Shown: one piece after another, positions 57,230 through 64,000 of the stretch
Position numbering within the stretch: position 1 is the first letter of the stretch
Layout of the letters: every line of letters begins with the position of its first letter
Assembly: GCA_905478165.1 (NCBI GenBank)
Contig: CAJQHK010000001.1
Span: forward strand, 2,754 to 66,753
DNA from: an uncultured Rickettsiales bacterium
GTDB taxonomy: Bacteria; Pseudomonadota; Alphaproteobacteria; Rickettsiales; UBA1997
Direction: 5' to 3'
DNA: 64,000 nt
The notes under the pieces: generated by a model
Database searches by the model: none
Seen by the model: the letters and a program-made list of their open reading frames with translations, nothing else
Told to the model about the DNA's origin: nothing
Translations under genes and position numbers: made by a program

Positions 57230-58126
57230 ATGACAAACAAAATATCAGAATCAATTAGTATATTAAGCTTGTCCAACGAACATAGAATATTGCATCGAGT
57301 TCCCGAAATATTAACAAAAAAAGAACCTAAGGGAAGAATATTTAAAGCGGCATTTATTGACCTCGAAACCACCGGTCTAGATCCAAAAAAAGACGAGATT
57401 ATTGAGGTGGGAATATTAATAGCGTCCTTCACTGACGAAGATGGATTTATCAGCATTGATTTTGGCAACAACCAGCTACAACAACCTAACAAACCTATAA
57501 GCGAAGAAGTTACTAAGATTACCGGAATTACTAATGAAGATGTTAGTGGAAAAGTTATTGATTGGAATATATTAAAAGATAGTTTGGTGAATATTGACCT
57601 AATAATATGTCACAACGCTTATTTTGATAGAAATTTTATGGAATTACAAACTCCCGACTTCTTTAAATCCGTCATAGAGTCAAAATCATTTGCATGCTCT
57701 TTAAAGGGGGTAAAGTGGAGGGAGTTTGGATATGAAGGAGTTAAATTAGAATATCTTAATTTTAAAATGGGTTATTTCTACGAAGGGCATAGGGCTCTTA
57801 TTGATTGCTACGCTACTTTAAATCTTTTTACATCAAAACCAGAGGCATTTAAAGAGTTGCAGGAGGGATGTTATCAAAAAGAATTATTAATTTGCGCAAC
57901 GAATGCCAGTTTTAATAAAAAAGACATATTAAAGAAGAGGAGTTATAGGTGGAGTAGTGGAGATGGTGACCTACCTAAATCTTGGTGGATTACGGTTCCA
58001 GAAAAAGAGTATGAGTCGGAATTATTATTTTTAAAGAACGAGATTTACGGGGGAGTTAGTACCTCCCTTCCCACAAGAACCGTAACCGCAAAAGAAAGAT
58101 ACTCTTACCGCTCTGAGAAATTATAA
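57230..58126 (+). CDS. DEDDh 3'-5' exonuclease (DnaQ-like) with extra N- and C-terminal regions
   Basis: 298 aa with ExoI FIDLETTGL, ExoII ICHNAYFDRNF and ExoIII HRALIDCYAT. A C-terminal extension of about 90 aa (RSYRWSSGDGDLPKSWWITVPEKEYE) has unknown function. Confidence 0.75.
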   Translation: MTNKISESISILSLSNEHRILHRVPEILTKKEPKGRIFKAAFIDLETTGLDPKKDEIIEVGILIASFTDEDGFISIDFGNNQLQQPNKPISEEVTKITGITNEDVSGKVIDWNILKDSLVNIDLIICHNAYFDRNFMELQTPDFFKSVIESKSFACSLKGVKWREFGYEGVKLEYLNFKMGYFYEGHRALIDCYATLNLFTSKPEAFKELQEGCYQKELLICATNASFNKKDILKKRSYRWSSGDGDLPKSWWITVPEKEYESELLFLKNEIYGGVSTSLPTRTVTAKERYSYRSEKL

Positions 58127-58175
58127 ATATATCAAAACCACTTAATCTTTGCAAAAACCCTTGCTGTCGTGTATT

Positions 58176-58946
58176 TTATTTTTCTTTTTTTGAATATTTA
58201 GGTAGATTAGAAAATATATAATCCGACAATTTAATTGGCAGAGACGTTATGAGTAATATTGAGGCGTATAGTTGCCAAGGAAACGAGATTCTGGCTTTAT
58301 TCTTATCCAAACCTTTTTTAATAATTTTTGCTGCCTTTTCCGAGCTCATTAAAAATGGCATAGGAAAGTCGTTAAGATCGGTAAGTGGAGTCTTAACGTA
58401 TCCGGGGCAAATTATGTTAATTTTTATATTAAATTTTGCCAATTTCAGTCTTAACCCCTCTCCCAAAACCCTAACATAAGCCTTGCTTGCGCTATAAGAT
58501 TCTGATCCAGGCACAGCTTTAAAAGAGGCGAGAGATGACATGATAGCAATTTGACCATTTTTTTGCCTCATCATAACCCTTTGCGCTGGATTAATAACAT
58601 TTAAAACACCCTTAATATTAATATCTATCAACTCTTCTATCTGCTGAGACTCCTCAATATCAGAAATTTTGCCAGCAGAAATTCCGGCATTAGCAATCAC
58701 TAGATCAATGTTATTATTTTTACTAATTTTTTTAAAATATTTAGCAACAACCTCCTTTTCTCTGACATCAACGGTAAAAATTTCAACATCAGCTCCTTTT
58801 TCTTGACATTGTTGGGCAATTTTTTTTAACCGACTATCATCTCTTGCAACTAAAAATAACTTTACATTTGGTGCAGAATATTTTGCTGCCAAAGAGGCTC
58901 CAATGCCACTATTTGCACCTGTAATTAATATTGTTTTGATTTTCAT
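58176..58946 (-). CDS. short-chain dehydrogenase/reductase
   Basis: 256 aa with TGANSGIG, NAG and the catalytic motif YSASKAY. Confidence 0.85.
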   Translation of the reverse strand: MKIKTILITGANSGIGASLAAKYSAPNVKLFLVARDDSRLKKIAQQCQEKGADVEIFTVDVREKEVVAKYFKKISKNNNIDLVIANAGISAGKISDIEESQQIEELIDINIKGVLNVINPAQRVMMRQKNGQIAIMSSLASFKAVPGSESYSASKAYVRVLGEGLRLKLAKFNIKINIICPGYVKTPLTDLNDFPMPFLMSSEKAAKIIKKGLDKNKARISFPWQLYASILLITSLPIKLSDYIFSNLPKYSKKEK

Positions 58947-59321
58947 TATAGATTATTGTTTTGATTTTTAAAAAAATTGAGCGACAATAGTCACTAATTA
59001 TTCTTAAAGATGATGACACCGAGGCACATTTAAAATAAGCTTTGTCACAAAGTAGTGCAAGCTAACCCTTAGAAACTAACGCTTATTACAAAATTTTACA
59101 ACAGGTTGATTAGTGTAATATGGAGCATATATATTGCAAATAAGCAATTTTTTAAGAACTGTGTATTTCTCCAACAACTAGTTAAAATAATATTTAATTA
59201 AATTTTAACGAAAGTAAGTCAACAACTCTTAAAGCAAAAATTAACAATAAAATTTGCCGCAATTACATTGTATAGTTTTGGCAAAAAATTAACAAAATGA
59301 ACAATTTAACAGAATTTAATA

Positions 59322-61184
59322 ATGACAAAATCAATAATAATCGACGCTGCCTATAAGGATGAGACCAGAATTGCAGTTATGGAGCAGGGTGTTTTACAAG
59401 ATTTCGATCGTGAAGCGCTAGCAGTTAAGAAAATTAAAGGCAATATTTACGCCGCAACTATTACCAGGATTGAACCCTCTCTTCAGGCGGCCTTTATAGA
59501 TTATGGCGACGAGAAGAGCGGTTTTTTACCATTTTCAGATATCAACCCTAGCTATTACAATCTTCCGGAGGAGGAAAAAAATCAAATCATTGATCGTAGA
59601 TCGGCCAACAGAAGTATTGTCGACAATCATTCAGGTGACGACAATAATAAAGACCACTCAGAGCACGTTATCACTACCGGCTCTTACACGGTTGACGAAG
59701 AAAGTGATTTTGAGGAATTTTCTCGCAACCTATCTCACGAAGACTCTAGATCAGAAAAAAAATATAAGATTGAAGAGGTTATGGAGGTTGGCGCCAAAAT
59801 ATTAGTTCAAGTCCTAAAGGAGGAAAGGGGTAATAAGGGTGTTGCGATGACCACTTACGTTTCTATCGCTGGTAGGTATTGCGTTTTAATGACTAATATT
59901 TCTGGTAAGGGCGGAATCTCTAAAAAAGTTAACAACATTCGTGACAGAAAGGCTCTTCGTAGTATTTTAAGTAATCTAAATATTGATGAAGACAAGTCTA
60001 TCATCATTAGAACGGCTGGTATTGGCAAGGTGGCAGAAGATATAGAGGATGATTACAAATATTTAGTAAAATTGTGGGATCACATCTTAAAAGAGTGTGA
60101 AAAAACAAAATCTCCATTACTTATTCATTCTGAAGATGATATAGTAAAAAAGATTGTCTGCAACCTTAATCATGAAGATATAAAGGAAATTACCATTGAA
60201 GGTAAAAAAACTTATGACAGTATCTTTAATTTAATTCAAATTGCTGGCGGCAATACAGAAAAAGTCAGGTTATATAGTGAGCGTACTCCAATTTTTAATA
60301 GGTATAAAATTGAGGATCAGATTGACGGACTATATGAAAGATCTGCCAACCTACCTTCTGGAGGGTCGATTGTGATTGACCAAACAGAGGCTTTGATTGC
60401 CATTGATATTAATTCAGGCAAGGCAACTAGCCACAAAAATATTGAAGACACCGCATATAAAACAAACCTTGAGGCTGTTAAGGAAATTTCAAGGCAAGTA
60501 AGGCTCAGAGATTTAGCTGGCTTAATCGTAATTGACTTTATTGACATGGATAACCAATCAAATCGCCGCTTGATTGAAAAATCTCTTAGAGACGAGTTAA
60601 GAAATGATCGCGCTAGAGTGCAGATTGGAAAGATTAGCATCTTTGGCCTACTCGAACTGTCTCGCCAAAGATCGAGTAACAGCTTTTTTGAAACCATTAC
60701 TAAGGATTGTAATAAATGTGCTGGCTCTGGATATGTTAAGTCTGAAGAAGTGTTGTCACTTAACATTCTTCGCTCAATTAGATATGCAACTAGTGACAAA
60801 CAGACAGGAGTAATCTATGTAAAAGCCCCAAATAACGTTATCTCTTACATGATGAACTACAAAAGAAGGGAGTTATATAAGATTGAAAAAAATTATCATA
60901 TTCATATTTTAATGCATAGTGACAATGATATGAATGACAATTCTTACCAAATTAGAAAGAGAAAAAGCCTGTTGGACGAAGAAAAGAAGCTTCTTCTTCT
61001 CGATTCTGAAAAAATTGGCAAGGTGAATCAAATGGAAATTGCTAAAAAATATTACAACAACTCCACTCCTCACAAGTCAAAGCCCAGAGCTGAAAAGGGG
61101 CGTCCCAACAGCAATAATAATAAAAATAACAAAAAGAAGGTAGAAGTGAAAACCTCTTTTTTATCTAAATTGTTTGGAAAATAA
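59322..61184 (+). CDS. rne: ribonuclease E/G family endoribonuclease (RNase E-like catalytic half)
   Basis: 620 aa. It has an S1 domain, catalytic VIDFIDM and a Zn-link CNKCAGSG. The tail is basic. An acidic insertion interrupts the S1 region. Confidence 0.88.
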   Translation: MTKSIIIDAAYKDETRIAVMEQGVLQDFDREALAVKKIKGNIYAATITRIEPSLQAAFIDYGDEKSGFLPFSDINPSYYNLPEEEKNQIIDRRSANRSIVDNHSGDDNNKDHSEHVITTGSYTVDEESDFEEFSRNLSHEDSRSEKKYKIEEVMEVGAKILVQVLKEERGNKGVAMTTYVSIAGRYCVLMTNISGKGGISKKVNNIRDRKALRSILSNLNIDEDKSIIIRTAGIGKVAEDIEDDYKYLVKLWDHILKECEKTKSPLLIHSEDDIVKKIVCNLNHEDIKEITIEGKKTYDSIFNLIQIAGGNTEKVRLYSERTPIFNRYKIEDQIDGLYERSANLPSGGSIVIDQTEALIAIDINSGKATSHKNIEDTAYKTNLEAVKEISRQVRLRDLAGLIVIDFIDMDNQSNRRLIEKSLRDELRNDRARVQIGKISIFGLLELSRQRSSNSFFETITKDCNKCAGSGYVKSEEVLSLNILRSIRYATSDKQTGVIYVKAPNNVISYMMNYKRRELYKIEKNYHIHILMHSDNDMNDNSYQIRKRKSLLDEEKKLLLLDSEKIGKVNQMEIAKKYYNNSTPHKSKPRAEKGRPNSNNNKNNKKKVEVKTSFLSKLFGK

Positions 61185-61213
61185 CTAACTTTTAAACTTT
61201 GTAATTGCTTTAG

Positions 61214-61870
61214 GTGAATATTCTATCTTTTGACGTAACCAGCAACAATATCTCTATTTCTGTGTCAGATGGAGATATTATTTTATCTCAAATAAGCCAA
61301 ATAAGCAACTCTAACCAGTCAGAACTTTTAACAACCTTATTACAAAAATCCCTAGAAGAGGCTAATTTAGATTATCAAGATTTGGGTCTTGTTGCCTTTA
61401 CTAATGGTCCCGCCTCATTTACTTCGACCAGAATTGGATATATTGCTGCAAAAATGATTAATGTGTGTTGCGAAATTCCTATCTTAGCCATTAGTAGTAA
61501 CCTAGCTATTGCCGCTGACTATTTAAGCTCCAGTTACACAACGATTGTAACCGCAATTGATGCGCGACTTGGGGACGTGTTTTTTCAAATTTTTAATCTA
61601 AATGGTAAAAAACTAACAGAAGTTTCAGAAGTTTTGATGGTAAATCTTGAGGAGATAGAAAAATATTTACCTCAAGATGAGTTTTTGCTTGTCGGTAGCG
61701 CTAAGGAATTGATAAAATGCCAATTAAAAAACAAAATAATTAACACTTGTAACAGGCGCGATGCGATAAAGTCAGAAAATATAATTAAAATTGCTTTAGA
61801 ATACCGCAAAGATAATAATAATAAAATTCCAGACGAGCCTCTGTATATTAGAGAGCCAAAAATTGGATAA
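61214..61870 (+). CDS. tsaB: tRNA threonylcarbamoyladenosine biosynthesis protein TsaB
   Basis: 218 aa with a GTG start. It has the YeaZ pattern (ILSFDVTSNNISISV, FTNGPASFTSTRIG). Confidence 0.75.
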   Translation: MNILSFDVTSNNISISVSDGDIILSQISQISNSNQSELLTTLLQKSLEEANLDYQDLGLVAFTNGPASFTSTRIGYIAAKMINVCCEIPILAISSNLAIAADYLSSSYTTIVTAIDARLGDVFFQIFNLNGKKLTEVSEVLMVNLEEIEKYLPQDEFLLVGSAKELIKCQLKNKIINTCNRRDAIKSENIIKIALEYRKDNNNKIPDEPLYIREPKIG

Positions 61871-62008
61871 TGCCAAAGTTTATCTATAATGCGGCATTTA
61901 GCTAAATCTATGATAATTTTTGACTAAGAATGAGGAGTGTAAATGCTTCATTATAGATGAGTTTGGGCATACTACTAATCATTAATACCAATTATCAATC
62001 TTAACTAT

Positions 62009-63292
62009 ATGCCTTACGATTTTGAGAATGGATTTAATCAAAAACTAAAAAAGATTTTAGGAACAAGTTTGCCAAAAAAAATTATTATTGCCGTTTCTGG
62101 CGGGACTGATTCCATGGCTTTATTATGCCTATCTAATAAATTTTGCCAAAAAAATAATATTGACCTTATCGCCATAACGGTTGATCACAAAACAAGAGAA
62201 GATTCTGCGATGGAGGCAAAATTTGTTACCAAAGCTTGTCAAAAATACAAAATTCATCACCGAATATTAGAAAACAACTTCGTCATCCCAACTAGCAATA
62301 TCGAGTCTAACCTTCGAGAAATTCGCTATAAACTATTATTAGATTTTGCTAAAGAGCATGATATAAAAAATATTCTAATAGCCCATCATCAACAAGATGT
62401 TGCTGAAAATTTTTTAATCCGACTTTTTCGTGGCAGCGGCATCGACGGCTTGTCATCAATAGAAGAGTTTACCATATTTAAAAACACTAACTTTATTCGC
62501 CCATTGTTAGATTTTACAAAAGACCAATTAAAAAAATATCTTCAAATAAATAACATTACCCACGTCGAAGATCCTAGTAATCAAGATCAAAAATTTCTTA
62601 GAAATAAAATTCGTACCTTCTTAAATAATCTCGAAGATAAGGAGAATATTAACCAAAGAATTTCTAGGGCCAGTAAAAATATTTTAGAAAACAGAAAGAT
62701 TATTGAAAGCCTCATAAAAGAAAAATCTAAAGAGATTTACGAGTTTAATGATCTGGGATATTTTTTGCTTAAAAAACAGAATTTTAAAAATCTAAATAAG
62801 GAACTCTCTTTTCGCTACCTCAATCTCATTATTAATTATTTTAACGGCAAGTTCTATAAATCTCGTTTAAAAAAAATAGACGCTCTTTATGGCTGGCTAC
62901 TTTTCGGCCAAGAACATAAAGCAAAAAATTTTAATGGCGCTATTGTTGAAAACTTTAATGAAGAGAGTTTTATTGTTTATCGAGAAAAATCAAAAATAGA
63001 ATCACAAAAGATTACAGAACATTCTTTTGTTTGGGACAATAGATTTCAAATTAATATTAATAAAAATTTAAATTTAAAAAATTTAAAAATCACAACTCTT
63101 GACGCAAAAGAACTTAATGTACTGCTGAAGGATAAAAAGAATTTACAATATAAAAATATAAAAATCCCGTTAAAAAAAGTTTTATACACAATTCCAGTTA
63201 TCAAAAAGGGTGACAATATATTCGCAATATACTTTCTAAAAAACAGCTCAGAGATTAAAATAGATATAATTGATAGTAATTTTTATCTTTAA
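62009..63292 (+). CDS. tilS: tRNA(Ile)-lysidine synthase
   Basis: 427 aa with the PP-loop AVSGGTDSMAL and downstream TilS patterns (HHQQDVAENFLIRLFRGSG). Confidence 0.85.
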   Translation: MPYDFENGFNQKLKKILGTSLPKKIIIAVSGGTDSMALLCLSNKFCQKNNIDLIAITVDHKTREDSAMEAKFVTKACQKYKIHHRILENNFVIPTSNIESNLREIRYKLLLDFAKEHDIKNILIAHHQQDVAENFLIRLFRGSGIDGLSSIEEFTIFKNTNFIRPLLDFTKDQLKKYLQINNITHVEDPSNQDQKFLRNKIRTFLNNLEDKENINQRISRASKNILENRKIIESLIKEKSKEIYEFNDLGYFLLKKQNFKNLNKELSFRYLNLIINYFNGKFYKSRLKKIDALYGWLLFGQEHKAKNFNGAIVENFNEESFIVYREKSKIESQKITEHSFVWDNRFQININKNLNLKNLKITTLDAKELNVLLKDKKNLQYKNIKIPLKKVLYTIPVIKKGDNIFAIYFLKNSSEIKIDIIDSNFYL

Positions 63293-63478
63293 TAATTTTC
63301 CTTTGATTTTCTAAAACTATAATTATAATTGTAACTAGAGTTAACTTTCGCCAATAACTTAAATTATTGTTTTGCCTTTTTTTAAACACTTCAATTTTTA
63401 CCTAAATCATTCCGTAAGAGGGTAAAGGAATAATTGAAGACTTTACATAAAACTTAATTCACGACAACCAAATATATT

Positions 63479-64000
63479 ATGACTATTGAAATTTTAATGC
63501 CGGCCCTGTCTCCAACCATGAAAGAAGGAGTTCTTGCCAACTGGCTAAAAAGTGAAGGCGATATTATTGAGCCAGGAGATGTAATTGCTGAGATTGAAAC
63601 GGACAAGGCAACGATGGAGGTTGAGGCTGTTGATGAGGGTATTTTAGGAAAAATTCTTGTCGCTTCTGGCACAGAAAATGTCGCAATTAACACCCCAATA
63701 GCACTTATGCTTGAGGATGGGGAAGATAATTCGGTCTTGGATTCTTACAAGGTTAGCGCTCCAAAATCTGCAGACAACCCAACAAAGGAGGAGGTGTCAA
63801 CCGAAAAAGAGGAGGAGAAAGTCGTAACCCCCTTGACAACGGAGACGCTAACCGTCGCTAGGTCGGCACTGAATGATCGCATATATGCCAGCCCACTTGC
63901 TAAAAGGGTCGCGGCAAAAAATAACGTTTCTTTGGGTAACTTGGTTGGTTCAGGGCCGCATGGTAGAATTATCAAGAATGATGTCTTGTCTGCAGGAGTA
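63479..64000 (+). CDS. pdhC: dihydrolipoamide acetyltransferase (2-oxoacid dehydrogenase E2), N-terminal part, runs off window
   Basis: Open frame from ATG 63479 to the window end, not in the ORF track. The lipoyl domain reads MPALSPTMKEG...EIETDKATMEVEA. A linker follows, then the peripheral-subunit-binding domain ASPLAKRVAAKNNVSLGNLVGSGPHGRIIKNDV. Confidence 0.82.
   Translation, partial: MTIEILMPALSPTMKEGVLANWLKSEGDIIEPGDVIAEIETDKATMEVEAVDEGILGKILVASGTENVAINTPIALMLEDGEDNSVLDSYKVSAPKSADNPTKEEVSTEKEEEKVVTPLTTETLTVARSALNDRIYASPLAKRVAAKNNVSLGNLVGSGPHGRIIKNDVLSAGV

Noticed and set aside
60317-60799. 160-aa ORF antisense to rne. Similar long antisense ORFs lie at 52331-52729, 53355-53744, 49835-50131, 46057-46344 and 5751-6029.
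   Set aside because: All lie entirely inside well-supported genes on the opposite strand, in relatively G+C-richer coding stretches. Their translations are low-complexity (Ser/Leu/Ile-rich) and show no motifs. They are classical shadow ORFs.

Overview
AT-rich alphaproteobacterial chromosome segment. The lineage call rests on a circularly permuted two-piece tmRNA with an ANDN-type tag, an alpha-type SspB, ThyX, a VirB3-like gene and an RpoH-type groESL promoter. All homology calls were made by eye from motifs in the translations. The window holds about 60 protein genes. Nearly all are housekeeping: an msbA-like/pgi/rfbACB envelope-sugar operon, dnaX, purQ-pyrG, mrp, ppa-era, nadD-murG-nusB, thyX, tatA, tsaD, plsY-pyrF-bamA-rbfA, mreC-lpxB-hisH, parB, kefB-like, argJ, groESL, ilvC-dapA, uvrA, aroC, gpmI, secG-gcvT-gcvH, bfr-like, comM, rne, tsaB, tilS and pdhC. 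Genes are tightly packed, with many 1-14 nt overlaps. There are also 2 tRNAs and the tmRNA. I found no rRNA, CRISPR array, intact mobile element or recognisable defence or toxin cassette. The housekeeping map does not explain four things. (1) A dispersed 140-175 bp palindromic, TIR-bounded repeat family has at least five copies. One copy is fused in frame to a lipoprotein gene, and two pairs lie in inverted orientation. (2) A perfectly symmetric, modular nested palindrome of G/C-rich hairpins lies between pyrG and a tRNA(CAU). (3) Two gene-decay scars (a multiply frameshifted FMN-reductase-like gene and IS630-type transposase remnants) flank the groESL block. (4) Several components sit without their usual partners or in odd contexts: virB3, parB, a histidine kinase, hisH, purQ, a receiver/pseudo-kinase-like protein translationally coupled to a short dnaX, and a tautomerase-family gene inside the gcvT-gcvH operon. 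The combination of repeats, pseudogenes and an orphan T4SS gene with otherwise broad biosynthetic capacity suggests a reduced, possibly host-associated (Rickettsiales-like) lineage rather than a fully streamlined free-living one. That last point is inference.
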